From Selaginella moellendorffii (Eukaryota > Plantae > Lycopodiophyta): a stretch of 64,000 bases of DNA. The DNA lies in contig NW_003314395.1 in NCBI RefSeq assembly GCF_000143415.4, positions 62,001 to 126,000 of the forward strand, in the 5' to 3' direction. Below the pieces are notes generated by a model. It made no database searches, was not told the origin of the DNA, and worked only from the letters and a program-made list of their open reading frames with translations. Made by a program: the position numbers and the translations under genes. Of this stretch, positions 10,544-23,397 are shown in pieces (within the stretch, counting starts at the first letter, position 1; every line of letters begins with the position of its first letter).

Positions 10544-13500
10544 ATGATCATGGAGAACACAAGCACGGTGAGAGGCTTACTGCTAGTGCTCTTAGTATGG
10601 AAATGCTCGACAGTGGCACAGAGCCAAGCGACTCAGCCATGGCCTTCGTACAGATCGAGCTATAGCCGAATCCACGAAGCCCAGAAGCAATGTCCATTCT
10701 CTTCGTCCTTGGTCTCCTCGCAGCAGCAGGGCGGGGACGATGATCAGGGCCCGGATCCCAAATGGGTCATCCAGAACGAGCTCAGCTTCCAGAATGGCGA
10801 CTGGTTCCAGGAACCCAAGGCCAGATCCTCGCCGGTGCCTCGCTTCACTGTCAATGGGACTCGCCCGCAGCTGCTTTCTTCGTTCTGGATCACGGATGTC
10901 AATCTCCGGAGCAAGGCGGGCGCGGTCAAGATCAGCGCCGTTTTGCAGCTCGCCATCTCGGCCTTCCGCAGCATCGGCTACTTCACGACCGCGTCCGAGA
11001 GCTCCGAGTCGTCACCGGAGTTTGCATCGCTCACAGTGCTCCTCGAGGGTGTTTACTTTGAGACCCAGCGCAACGATCGCGGTGTTTGCATGGTGGGATG
11101 CACGGTTTTCAACGGGACAAGGATCTGCGATCTCTTCCTGGAGCTCCACTTTCCCCGGAGGCTTTCGCTCGAATCCAGGGAAGTCCGCGGCTCCTTGACA
11201 AGCAAATCTGGGATCTTTGACGACGTAGCCATCGCATCGCAGCTCGGAGCGTACTCCAAGTACGAGTTCGACGACGGGAGACTCATCAAGCCCGCGTGTA
11301 ATCCATCCATGCAGCAGATGCCGCCGGAGGGCATTACAGTCTACACTGGAAATCGAGGCTGCTCGATACTGATGGAAATCCTTTCTGGTCAGTGGATCCA
11401 TCTCTCAAGCTCGGGGCCGTTTGCTCTCAACGCTACGAGGATGCAAGTGTTGGACATCCGCTGCATCGATATCCCGTCTGGAGCGAATGTGAGCGCCATC
11501 TTTCGAGCAACTCCCAGCGTTGACGACGAGAGCCTCTCGCTGGAACGCAAAGGACTGAGTGATGGGCTGGCCTTTGCTGCCGAGGGAGTCTACAGTGCTT
11601 TCACTGGCGAGATCTGCATGCTCGGCTGCCGGAACAAAGATCGAAGCTCGCCATCGCCAAGCTGCGACGTCCGCGTGTCGATGTTCGTGCCACTCTCGCT
11701 CTCCATCGCGCAGAGGGACGTCTTGTTTGGGAAGATGACGAGCTTGGGTGGCGAAAGTGCGTATCGTCCTACGAACTTTGGTCTCTTCGTACCCTTGAGA
11801 GGCCTGCCATCGGAAGTGTCAAAGAAGTTGAGCTACAGCTACTCGAGAGCTCGGGAAGGAGAGAAGCTTGCAAGAAGTGAGGAGATGGAGACGAGCCTGG
11901 CCGATCGAGTGAAGCAATCGATGCTCAAGTTCCCAAGGCCGAGCAAGGAGCACTCGATGCAGGAGCTGGGGCAGGATTTGGCGGTGTTTTCTCAGCTCAT
12001 CAACGAGAATCCAGCCAATCCAAGCGGCAGCATCCAGTTTTCAACAAGAACTATGGACATCCAAGCTTCATCAAAAACTATAGATATCCAAGTTCTCTCG
12101 ATCGAAGACATCATTCTCATGGACTGGAACAGCCATCAGAGCGATGACTCCTCGAAAGAACTTGGCGATGACGAGAAAGATCTATCCAAAGGTGACGAGG
12201 AAACGATCCGAGTTGCGGTGGAGGTGATAGTGACGAACGTCGCTCAGGTATCCGCCGAGGGTGTCTACGTTCCTCGCACGGGACGGATCCATCTTGTTGG
12301 CTGCCTCAATAACATCTCTGGAAGTGATGTTCTTATGGACTCCCAGCCCGATTGCAACACGACCATCGTGATCCAGTACCCTCCTCGCAACACGCAGTGG
12401 CTCGTCAATCCCACGCTGCGCATCAAGATTGCCAGTTCTCGCGCGAGTTCCGACCCGAGCTTTTTCCCTCCGATGCATCTCGAGTCGTTTCCAATCCTCT
12501 ACAGGGACCAGCTCCGCGAGATTCTCTCCAGGAAGACGCTGGAGGCCGTGCTAAGCGCGATCACCTTGAGCGTCATGCTCATTTGCATCGTCCTCCAGCT
12601 GATTCACGTCAAGAAATCCGCCGACTCGGTGCCTTTCATCTCGCTACTGATGCTCGGCGTCCAGGCATTCGGCTACTCGATCCCGCTCATCACAGGAGCC
12701 GAGGCACTGTTCGCCAGGCTCACCTCCCGTGACGATCCGGCCGCCGAGGCCGGACAATCCTCCGCGATCAAAGACACTGGGATCAACCAGATGGTGCTCT
12801 ACTTGGTCAAGCTCCTCTCTCTCGCCGCCTTCCTTCTCATGCTCCGGCTGTGCCAAAAGGTGGTGCGCTACCGCATCCGGCTCGCCACCAAGTTCCCGCT
12901 CGAGCCACGCCGTGTTCCCAGCGACGTGAAACCGGCCAAGATCTTCCTGCTCGTCCACACTCTCGGCTTCCTCACGGTGCTCGCCTTCCACTACGCTCTC
13001 CAGGGCTCCTCGAGGAGCAGTGAGATGATGCGCAAGGATTCCCAGGTAGGATGGGACGGCAAGATCCAGAAGCCAGAGCAGGATTGGATGCGGGAGCTCA
13101 AGGAGTACGGGGGGCTTGTGGAGGATTTGTTCTTGCTCCCGCAAGTGATTGCAACCTCGGTGTGGGAGATCAGAGGGAAGCCACTGGCACGAGCTTACTA
13201 CATGGGCATGACGGCGTTGCGATTGCTCCCCCACGTCTACAACGCTCTGACGAGGCCGCTCTTCAATCCATACTTTGCGGACGAGTCGCTGGTTTACGCA
13301 AACCCGAGGATGGATTTCTACTCGCGGGTCGGGGATGTGGTCATCCCCGTCATGGCGGTGCTGCTCGCGGCGATGGTGTACGCTCAGCAGAGATGGAATG
13401 AGCTCAAGTGGGGCAGAGTTTTGAGGCAAGGATCAAGCAAGCTCTTGCGATATGGATCCAAGTTGTATGAGAGGCTACCGTCGTCAAAGCTGCCCAGCAC

Positions 13501-13603
13501 TGGGGCGAATTTTGAGGCCGAGATGATGCCAGGCAATGGCAACGTGGACGGGGACGAAGATCGACGAACCCTAATGGATGCTGAGAAAGGTGGCAACCAT
13601 TAA
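10544..13603 (+). CDS. DUF2921-family membrane protein (signal peptide, large luminal domain, multi-TM C-terminus)
   Basis: 'AEGVY...G.ICMLGC', 'VPFISLLMLGVQAFGYSIPLITGAEALF', 'YGGLVEDLFLLPQVI', 'YYMGMTALRLLPHVY'. Confidence 0.85.
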   Translation: MIMENTSTVRGLLLVLLVWKCSTVAQSQATQPWPSYRSSYSRIHEAQKQCPFSSSLVSSQQQGGDDDQGPDPKWVIQNELSFQNGDWFQEPKARSSPVPRFTVNGTRPQLLSSFWITDVNLRSKAGAVKISAVLQLAISAFRSIGYFTTASESSESSPEFASLTVLLEGVYFETQRNDRGVCMVGCTVFNGTRICDLFLELHFPRRLSLESREVRGSLTSKSGIFDDVAIASQLGAYSKYEFDDGRLIKPACNPSMQQMPPEGITVYTGNRGCSILMEILSGQWIHLSSSGPFALNATRMQVLDIRCIDIPSGANVSAIFRATPSVDDESLSLERKGLSDGLAFAAEGVYSAFTGEICMLGCRNKDRSSPSPSCDVRVSMFVPLSLSIAQRDVLFGKMTSLGGESAYRPTNFGLFVPLRGLPSEVSKKLSYSYSRAREGEKLARSEEMETSLADRVKQSMLKFPRPSKEHSMQELGQDLAVFSQLINENPANPSGSIQFSTRTMDIQASSKTIDIQVLSIEDIILMDWNSHQSDDSSKELGDDEKDLSKGDEETIRVAVEVIVTNVAQVSAEGVYVPRTGRIHLVGCLNNISGSDVLMDSQPDCNTTIVIQYPPRNTQWLVNPTLRIKIASSRASSDPSFFPPMHLESFPILYRDQLREILSRKTLEAVLSAITLSVMLICIVLQLIHVKKSADSVPFISLLMLGVQAFGYSIPLITGAEALFARLTSRDDPAAEAGQSSAIKDTGINQMVLYLVKLLSLAAFLLMLRLCQKVVRYRIRLATKFPLEPRRVPSDVKPAKIFLLVHTLGFLTVLAFHYALQGSSRSSEMMRKDSQVGWDGKIQKPEQDWMRELKEYGGLVEDLFLLPQVIATSVWEIRGKPLARAYYMGMTALRLLPHVYNALTRPLFNPYFADESLVYANPRMDFYSRVGDVVIPVMAVLLAAMVYAQQRWNELKWGRVLRQGSSKLLRYGSKLYERLPSSKLPSTGANFEAEMMPGNGNVDGDEDRRTLMDAEKGGNH

Positions 13604-13708
13604 AGGTTGACCAAGGTTATACCTTTAATATTTTGGCAGATTCGTCTGAAAGCTAAAATCTTAGTCTGTGCTTAGGATTGATACTCCAGGCTGGTAAGGT
13701 GCTGTTTA

Positions 13709-16325
13709 GTGCTAATGCTCGTCTTGTGGATTTGCTCAATGGGAAACAGCCAAGAAGAGCGCTATAAATCGAGCTACGATGAAGCCCAAATGAGGTGCCC
13801 ATTCTCCTCGCCATTCTCACAGCAACAGGGCGGAGATGAAGATGGATCAGATCTCAAGAAGGTTATCCAGGACGAGCTCAGCGTCCAAATGGGCGACTGG
13901 TTCCAGGAGCCCAATGCGAAATCCTCGCTGCTTCCTGGTTTGACTGCGAATGCGCCTCCTTCTGGATCACGCGCGTCAGTCTCCGGAGCAAGACAGACAT
14001 TGTCAAGATCAGCGCGGTTTTGCAGCTCGCGATCTCTGTCGAAAGGATCATCAGCTACTTCACGAGTGCATCCGAGAGCTTCGAATCGTCCCCGGATTTC
14101 TCATCACTGATGGTGCTCCTGGAAGGGATCTACTTTGAGACACAGCAGAACGACCGCGGTGTTTACATGGTCGGATGTACGGTTCTCATCAACGGGGCAA
14201 GGATCTGCGATCTCTACCTGGAGCTCCATTTCCCTCGGAGGTTTTCGCTCAAATCTAGGGAAGTCAACGGCTTTCTGACCAGCAAATCTGGGGCGTTTGA
14301 CACTGTAGTGCTTGCGTTTCAGCTCGGTGGGGACACCAAGTACGAGTTTGACAATGGAAATCTCGTCAAGCCGGCATGCGATGCATCCATGGCCATGCAG
14401 CAGATGCCCCCACAGGGCATCCGGGTTTACAGAAAATCAGGTTGCGTGGAACTGGTGGGCATCTTCCAATATGAGTGGAGCCAGCTCTCAAGCTCAGGCC
14501 CGTTTTTCCTCGATGCCACTGCCATTCAAATCATGGGCATGCGCTGCATAGACACCCCGTCGGGAGCAAATGTGAGCGCCACCTTTCGAGCAGTTTCGAT
14601 GAAACTTGACAACCCTGATCTCTCCCGAGCTCGGACGGGACTGGGGAATGCATTCGTCTTTGATGCTGAAGGAGTGTACAAATCTTCTACTGGCGAGATT
14701 TGCATGCTTGGCTGCCGGAACAGAGACCCTAGCTCTCCATCACTCAGCTGCGATGTCCGAGTGTCGATTTTCGTGGCACTCTCTCTCTCCATCAGCCAGA
14801 GATACATCTTCTTTGGAAAACTGATGAGCTTTGGTGGGGGTAATTTGTTTCGCCCCACAAAGTTTGTTCGCGTCGCACAGTTGGGCAGGCTGCCATCAAA
14901 GATTCCCAAGTTGATGAGCTATACGTACTCGAGAGCTCGAGAAGGAGAAGAGATGGCGAGATTGGAGATAAGTCTGTTGGATCAGGTGAAAAGCCGAGCA
15001 GAACGTACTCAATCCAACAGCTGGGACAGGACTTGTCCTTCTCTTCACTGATCATCCAGAAGAACAGCAGCAGAAGCAGTATCCAAGCTTCTCCAAAGTT
15101 TTTGGACATCCAGGTTCTTGCCATTGAAGACGATCTCACCTATTATTCTGGCGAAGTCTCCAGCAAAGAGTTTGATCTTCGAGACGCGAGAACTCTGCGA
15201 GTTGCTGTGGAGCTCACACTGACCGATGTTGCTCAGGCATCAGCCGAAGGAGTTTACGTTCCTGGTTGGCTGCCTCAAGAGAAAAAACTCTCGCAAACGG
15301 TGTGATCGATATCGATTCCCAGCCTGATTGTAGCGTGAGCGTCGTGATCCAGTACCCTCCTTACAACACGCAGTGGCTCGTCAGTCCGACTGTCCGCGCC
15401 AAGATCACCAGCACTAGCCCGAGTTCCGACCCGAGCTTCTTTACTCCAATCCATGCTGAGACGTTTCCAATGCCCTACGTATACCAATACCGGCAACTGG
15501 AGCTCCCATCGGTTCTGTCCAAGAAGACGCTTGAAGCCGTCTTGAGCGCCATCACCCTCAGCCTGTTGCTGCTTTGCATCATCTTGCAGCTGATCCACGT
15601 CAGGAAATCCGGATCCGCCGAGGCCGTGCCTTTCATCTCGCTGGTGATGCTCGGCTTCAGGCGTTTGGATACTCGATCCCGCTCATCACCGGAGGTGAGG
15701 CCTTGTTTGTAAGACACACTAGCCGTAAACCGCGATTCTCGACGATCAACGAGCAAGCCACGGAGGTTACCCAGAAGGTACTCTACCTCGTCAAGTTCCT
15801 CTCGCTCGCGGCGTTCCTTCTCGTGCTCTGGCTGTTCTTCAAGGTGGTGCGCTACCGCACCCGACTCGCCAAGTTCCCACGCGATCGCAATCGACGCCGC
15901 GTTCCCAGCGACGTGAGAACCGCCAAGATCTTTGTGCTCGTCCATTCTTTCGGCCTTCTCACGGTCCTCGCCTTCCAGAGCTTGTCGACGAGCAGCAGTG
16001 AGATGCTAGTGGCATTGGACGGGACACTCTACAAACCCAAGATGAACTCAAAGAGTATCCTGGGTTCGTGGGGGATTTGTTCCTGCTGCCACAAGTGATC
16101 GCAGTTTCCGGGTGGGATCAGATCAAGGCAAACCCACTGGCACTAGTTTACTACATGGGAATGACGGCGTTGCGCTTGCTTCCTCACGTCTACAACGCGA
16201 TCACTATTCCACTGCCCGATGCATATGAGTTTCTGGTGTTTACAAAGCCGAGGACTGGGGACTGGCTAATTTCTGCGATGGCTTTGCTCCTGGCGGCGAC
16301 GGTCTATGCACAGCAGCAGTGGTAG
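13709..16325 (+). pseudogene. Frameshifted tandem paralog of the DUF2921 gene
   Basis: Colinear homology to 10544-13603 spread over six overlapping ORFs (about 5 frameshifts); C-terminus truncated. Confidence 0.85.
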
Positions 16326-16483
16326 GGGAATGGATCTTACGAGACGCTGCTATCGACAGAGAGAGGCTGAAATGCCCAGCTTACAGTCAAAAAGCGTCAA
16401 CAGTAACCAAATTTTCATTAAAGATGAGTCAAAACTAGTCAAATAGTCAACACAATTTAATTAAGATAACAAAATTTAACATA

Positions 16484-16557
16484 TGGCTTCGTCCAGGTTT
16501 GAACTGGAGACCTTCAGTGTGTTAGACTGACGTGATGACCAACTACACCACGAAACC
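16484..16557 (-). tRNA. tRNA-Val(AAC)
   Basis: Minus strand GGTTTCGTGGTGTAGTTGGTCATCACGTCAGTCTAACACACTGAAGGTCTCCAGTTCAAACCTGGACGAAGCCA, matching the typical plant tRNA-Val. Confidence 0.95.
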
Positions 16558-16683
16558 ACTTGTGGAATAAACCCGCTAATTGTTTCTACATATTGGATAG
16601 AGAAGAACTGTGGATAAAGATCTTCGAGGTGGAACACGCGCCACGATCCTCTGTTCTAGGGTTTAGGGCGAAAGAGGAATGCC

Positions 16684-19528
16684 ATGGCGCTGACAGCTCT
16701 TTCCTCGGCGCATCTCCTGTCGGTAAGCGAGAAATGCGAGAGGAAATGCGCGTGAGAGCTTGTGGTGTCCATCCAGATTGGCTCGACTTCGCGCTCGGGA
16801 CTGCTCCGGAGGGACGGCATTGACGATTCTTTCGATGGACATTGCGCGCTTTCCCAGACGGCGATCAGAAGAGCGAGGTTCTTTTCAGAATGTGTTCGTA
16901 TTTCGATGCTCTCATAGCCGATTGCATTGGATTCCAGGCAGAGCTTTGGAGAGGCCGATAGAAAGCCAAGGGATGTGAGAATTCGAGCTCAAGCATTGTC
17001 GGATGCAGCACAAAAATCGGAATATGTGAGTAGTAGAAGATTTCCTCCTTGCTCGATCTTATATTTCTTCCTTCCAGCGTAATATCGCGCAAATCAATGA
17101 AGCTATTAGGAAGGCTGAGTCAGTGCCAGGAGCGCTTAAGATCCTGGAAGAAACCAAGGCCGCCGGAGTGCACACTCCAAATGAAGGTACACACTTTTAT
17201 TGTCCGAGCTGAAGATTAATTTTTTTTTTCCGGGTGGCAGCAACATATGCATCGCTCATGCTAGCTTGTAGAAAGCTTGGCCAAGGAGAACGCGCACTTA
17301 CCATCTACGAGGTACTTACTGTTCCTTGTGACTCACAAATATGAAGAAAATTATTTCAGGCCATGAAGCAGACCAAGGAACCAATAAGTATTCGAACTTA
17401 CAACACTCTGATCTCTTGCTGCCAACAAGCTCTTCGTATGGATGATGCGTTCCGGGTGAAGGTAGATATCCGTTGGTTGCAGTTCATGCGTAAAGTATTG
17501 ATCTGATATTTCAGAAAGAGCTCGAAGAAGCGGGAGTGAAACCGGATGTGGTGACGTACACTAGCCTTATTGACACTGTCATAAGGTCCACCCGCATTCC
17601 CCCAGCTCAAAGGTAGTCTTCTATGCTTCTGGCGCTGGCAGATTTTGTGACAAAAGCATTGTAGAAACTTGCAGGCTCGAGAAAGCTTTACAGCTATACA
17701 AGGAAATGCAAACTCTTTCCATAACGCCTGACAGCAAAACCTACAATACCCTTATACAAGCTGCTGGGGAGGCAAAGGCGACAGAAAAAGCACTTGTAAG
17801 ATATTTGCGGTTGATTTTTTGGTTTGAGCGCTTGCGTATTTCTTTGTGCAGGAATTGTATCAGTCGCTTACGAAGGTTGGTCTTTCGGCCAATTCGTTCA
17901 CATTCGATCTTCTGTTGAAGTGCCTCGGAAGTGGTGGAAGGCTCAAGGTAGCTTTACAAGTTTACAACGAAGCCCGAGCAGCAGGAATTACACTTTATAC
18001 GAGTACCTACAACTTTTTGATTGGAGCCTGCGCAACAGCTCCGCAGCCTAATGTAAGCCTTTTGCTGCGAGAGAACTTTAACGCTGGTTAACAAACTGCT
18101 TGCGCAGGCTGAGAGAGCATGGGCCTTCTACGAGGAAATGAAGAGCAAGAATCTGAAGGTCAATGCATTAACATTTATCAACCTTATCAGCGCTTCTAGC
18201 AAGGTAATTCCTATGGGAGCTTTGTTTTTCTGTTGTATGATTATACGATTTTGTGCAGGCTGCGGACAATGCAGGCGTCATGAAAGCTTTTCAGTTGATG
18301 AAAGAGCTTGATTATACAAAATCTATCACAACTACAACATACAATCAAATTCTCGAGTCTGCAAGTATAGCAAACACCTTAGAAGATGCTCTAAAGATCT
18401 ACTACGAGATGAAGAAAGCTGGGTACAAGCCAAATGTTTCTACCTACAGCAGTTTAATTTCGGCTTGCATTCGCAACAAAGACTTCAAGCAAGCTCAAAC
18501 GTTGGAAGAAGAGGAGTTTAAGAACGTCGACGTGTCGCTAAATCAGTCCGTCTTACACAGCCTGATCAGAGCCTACGGCGATGCTGACAAATGGGAAGAT
18601 TCAGTGAGAATTTTTCGAGATATGATAAAAAAGGTAATGACGTTATCCTTTTGCTTCTTTTTTTTTGTATTTGACAGTAATTTTAATTTTTTTTCAGGGA
18701 ATGCCACTGACTGAGGAATCGTTTGCAAGTGTATTTGAGGCTTGCTTTGGGCGCGAACAAATCACTGCGATGGTAGCATCAGAAAACAAAAAGTTCGGCA
18801 TTACGCCACGTACGTTCTTTCTGTCTTCTCGTGAAAATTTCGCTTCTCTACTCTTTGGCTGCAGGAATCGAAGCTGGAATACAGTTGTACGAAGAGTTTG
18901 CTTTGAAGAAGCAGTTCACGAACTTTAGCAGCACAAATCTATCCAGGTAGAGACGATATCTTGTTTCACTACATCCCCTGACTTGCTGTTTAGGTGTGAC
19001 GTGAAAACAATGAGCCTCCCAGGAACCATCTTTGCGGTACTCGCCTGGTTGAAAGCCGTCCGAGCGAATCCACCCGCCGCAGATTTAATTGTTGTGACGG
19101 GAACCATCAACGAGGTAAAACATCACCAGCTCTTTGTCATGAGAAACATACTTTTTCTGCAGCTCGATAACACCCCTGGGAAGCCGAAGTATCCAAAGCG
19201 CCACACGCTTGCCATGAGAACTATGCGTGCGCTACGATTGCCAGTGATGCGTCTCAACACGCTTGCTATGCTGACACTCACAACAAACAACGACGCCGTG
19301 CAAAGATGGGTGAGAAATGCCGATCCATTCTCAGCGACAGAAGGGGCAGCAGCGGTGGAAGAAGATGATCCAGCAAATGGTTCGGAAGAAGCCGAGGAGG
19401 AAGGAAAGATTACTCAAGAAACTGTGGGAGAAGGAGAAGCGAATGAAGAAACTACGCCAACAACAACAAATGGTGAAGCTGAGAGTGATGTCGCTGATGA
19501 TGGAGCAGTGATCATAGTCGAGGCATAG
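16684..19528 (+). CDS. Intron-rich P-class PPR protein with a C-terminal SMR-like domain and acidic tail
   Basis: PPR exons (TYNTLISCC, GVKPDVVTYTSLI, GYKPNVSTYSSLI); 'CDVKTMSLPGTIFAVLAWL...LIVVTG' resembles SMR; many ~55-nt introns. Confidence 0.75.
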
Positions 19529-19645
19529 GTTCTTTCGTTTCTCTTTTTTTTTTGTTCACACAGGGTGCTCGCAGCGCCCGAATCAAAATTGAAGTGGTGT
19601 TCTCGTGATTTTGCGGCCTAATCGCCAACGGCCTTTCAGCTGAAG

Positions 19646-22031
19646 TTATTGGAGCTCGTAGAAGAGTAGCGTCGCTCTCGCCTCTAGCACTTCTTCCTCC
19701 GAGACTTTGACGACATCAGCATCGGATATCGCAAACCACATGGTCTCTTCTCGCGCGATTTTCACATCGCCCTGTTTCATCTCCTCCCCCGCTTCACATT
19801 TTTCCGGAGTGGTGTCTGTGAAGTTCGATCGTTGCCCGTCCAGCATCTCGATTTGATGGCGAGGAACCTTCACCTTGCGGTAGACGGTGTAGTGACCAGA
19901 CATTGGGCTGCCCTGGTGAACCACGACAGAGATGAGATCATATAGCCTCTTCACGCCTTTATGTCGTTCTGTAAGAATCTATCGCTTTTAGAACTCAAAA
20001 AAAAAAAAGAAAGAAAGTATAACTCGAACCTTCAGTTTTGGAGGCCACAACTGGATTTGGATCGTGGCTATCCACTTCGTTCTTTGCCTTTGTGCTGGCC
20101 ACCTCGTCATGCTTCTACGAAACAAGCGTGTCAGTAAAGAAAATCACCACCACAACCAAAATCACTCACGTCTTCCACAATCTGATTGCAGGGACTGGCT
20201 TGTCCCAGCTCCCCGGCTCCTCCGATACACCTGGCGTTGGCGTCGAAGTCGCCGTGAATGGACTTCAGACCTGTGGAACCCAGTGCTCTTAAAACGGGTA
20301 GCATTGCCGTTTTAAACACTCTTGGATCGATCTCAGCGCTATCTTTCCTCGTCGGAGTTTGTTTCGAAGCGATCGTAAAAGGCGACAAGTCCAGCGTCGT
20401 AGAAAACGAGATATGGTCCTACACACAGAGTCGAATAAGAGAGCTGCTGCGTGCACAGAGATAAGTTACCAAAAGCTTCTCAAGATGGCCAGAAGCATTT
20501 ACAATGACTCGTTGCAGATGCAAACACAAAACCTGCAACAAGGTCCTTTTTAGTTCAAACCTTCATACAAACATCTTTAGTACCTCGGGACAACGACCGA
20601 ATTGTAAGCTCTTGTATGCATCGCCTTGTATTTTAATCCACAGTCCGTCTCGTTCCTTGACAAGCGTCTCACAGACGCAGTCGTCATAATCGCAGCTATC
20701 AAGCGTCTTCAAAAGGTCCTGATGAAAGCAGAAAACATCACAGAAGAACCTGTTGGTTCCTATCCAACACCATACCAAGCATTAAAAATGTGAGCTGCAG
20801 GCACCTTGTTGTCTTCTGGCCTCCGAGATAAGAAGCAGGCAGCAGCAAGATGAGCACACCGACTGCATTTGAAATTCGAAACCCGCTCTAGCATGGTGAA
20901 CTGGTCAAGACAATCTTCTATGGTACATGCTTTCCTCTGTGGACGAAAACAAAAGCATGAGCTTGAAATCTAAATTGCGGGAATGACTCACAATATATCC
21001 GCCTACAGACTGCGGAAGAGCAAGAGAAACGTCTGTGAAAAAATGAAACTGCATAGAACCCTGAAAGGTCATGGACAAAGTATCAGTAAAAGTAAAACAC
21101 GTAGGAAAGCTCACGATCACCTGGAAACCGCATTGTGAACATATGATGGAGCTTCCGTATGTGCCTTCCATGGGCCATCGAAGTTGCTGGCGCCAGTAGT
21201 TCAAGGCAAGCTTGCTCTGAAAATCATCAGTATGGATAAGGCTTTCCATCTGCCTTGACAACGCAGAAACATCTGCCAGGGACTGCAAAGTCGGCCTATA
21301 CTCCTCAAAATCTTCCATTCGCTCGTGTTGAAGGGCTGCTGCAAGATATGACAATGCCTCCGCAGCGTCCTGAGAAAAACCTTTAAAGTCACAACCATTC
21401 GAAAAGAAAAGAGAAAAAGGAGATCAAATACCTGTTGCATGCCAAGATCAAAGCTCCGAGCGTAATGCCCGAGTACACGCATGACCTGACGAGGACTGAC
21501 TATGCGGTGTCCGGGTGCCACTTCCCCAAGTTCTAGAACAAACATGTTCTCTTTTCTATAAACATCCAAAACTCTTTCTGCGTACCTTCTAGCAATTCGC
21601 AAAGAGCAGATGAGAGAGGCATGGAAGGCTCCCGCTCATCACCCTCCAGGTTTTCATACGCTCTCAAATACGCAGCAAACTTCTGGGAGCTAGCAAGGGC
21701 CTGTAAGAAAAACGTGAACAATCCATCCATTTCTGGACAAAAGAAAGAAAATTCTCATCACCTGGAGGATCGCGTTCAAGAAGCAATTGTTCCCGGAATT
21801 TTGCAGCCCTGGGACCGTGAGCTCCCGCTGGTGAGCGCCATGGCTGCCCCGGATCCATTGCGGCAAAGCCCTCACCAACATCAGTGCGCCCATCAATCCG
21901 CCCCCTACAAGCGTGGCCAGTGCCGCGATTCCCCTGCGACCTTCCAGGGAGCTCAGGCAGCGCCATGGGATCGACTGGAGCGCCCGCAGCCGCGCTAAAA
22001 CATCCAAAATCTCCGCTTCGGACCGTCCCAT
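19646..22031 (-). CDS. UBP27: Ubiquitin-specific protease, UBP27/USP30-like, with an N-terminal TM segment
   Basis: Cys box 'GLQNSGNNCFLNAILQ', 'QQDAAE', His box 'VVHQGSPMSGHYTVYR', 'WFAISDADV'. Confidence 0.85.
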
Positions 22032-23397
22032 CACCAATAAACCCTAATTTCGATCTCCTTAAATATTACCTAGTAATTATTTTGATATTGTACCTTTTTG
22101 GTTTGACTTGTAAGAAATATACCAAGAATATCTCTAAATATTCTGGGATATGACAAATTCCCTCAATCATTAAGTGCTCAACTCCAGTGGTTGATACAAA
22201 TGGTTTTAATCCATCCACTCTCCTAGTGGATCATTGGCTTTTAGAAACCAGAGAAATACAGATTGAAACACAGGTTCTTTCCTTGCTCTTTGATTTTTAT
22301 GTGCCTTGTGTTTTAACTCTTTTTTTAGATATAAACATTTAGAGATCCCTTCTAGAATACCATTGGTTCACCTCATCAGAGTGCAGAGCTTCATTGTGGT
22401 GCCAGTAGTGTTTGTGAATGTGGATATGTGCATGGGATTGCAAGCAATCACATTTAAAGTTCTTTCCAAGCAACCACAGGTACATATCTTTTTTCCTTTG
22501 TTGTTATTAGCACCTCCATAGAATTTGTCAAGCAATATATCAACACTCTTGTAAATGGGATTTTTAATAGCATTGTCTACACTCACTAGAATTTGAGTTC
22601 TTTCCCATTGTCATCAATGATTATCTGTTGATTTAAAGTTGGCCTTGGATGCACATTTCACATTGACAAACAGCTAGAATATACAGGCTAGTAGATCTTT
22701 TAGTCCTTTCTTTCTAGTTCCTTTTCTTAAAGCTGAGAAACTTAATTGAATTACAGTAAACCAAGCTCATCCAAGAGTTTTTTTCCTGAGTTGCAATGCT
22801 AAAGCCAAAGTTTTGCAAGTTTAGCTTCAAATGACACACTTAAATCAATGTTGTAACTTCAATTAGCTCATGACATATTCATTGATTTCATAAGTGTAAC
22901 TATAATTTGAGGAAATCCAAAGGTAACTAATGTTTGGTGTTTAGGATTTCTTTTTTTGCATTGGATGGAAAATAAGCTCACTTTGTAGACAAACTACATA
23001 TAAACTTGGGAGTATCAATTATTTGTAGGCACTAGCAAGTATTTAAAAATATAAAATCCATAAAAAATAAATAACAATTTTACAAAGTGATTTGCAAGAT
23101 ATAAAATACAGATTCGAAGGATTTTTGGCTGATATAATGTAAGCTCCAACAGACAGATGTTTAAAAGCTTTAGCAAGATTTATATGTGGGACAGAGTGGA
23201 AGAGCATATTGTGCAAGGAAAGGATGTGATAGCGGAATGCTCAAAGAAAGATTGGCATAACAAGCTTGTGAAATTGAGGAAAAACCGACAGTGGCATGTG
23301 TGGAGGTCTACTAGAATCACCACACTGATAAAAGCTGTGATCTAAATCTCTGTGACATGGAGAAAGTTAACTGTAATTATCTAGATGAAGGCATTAG

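Noticed and set aside
22150-23350. Gene or TE in the AT-rich interval between UBP27 and RGTB
   Set aside because: Only short ORFs with no recognisable motif or termini.
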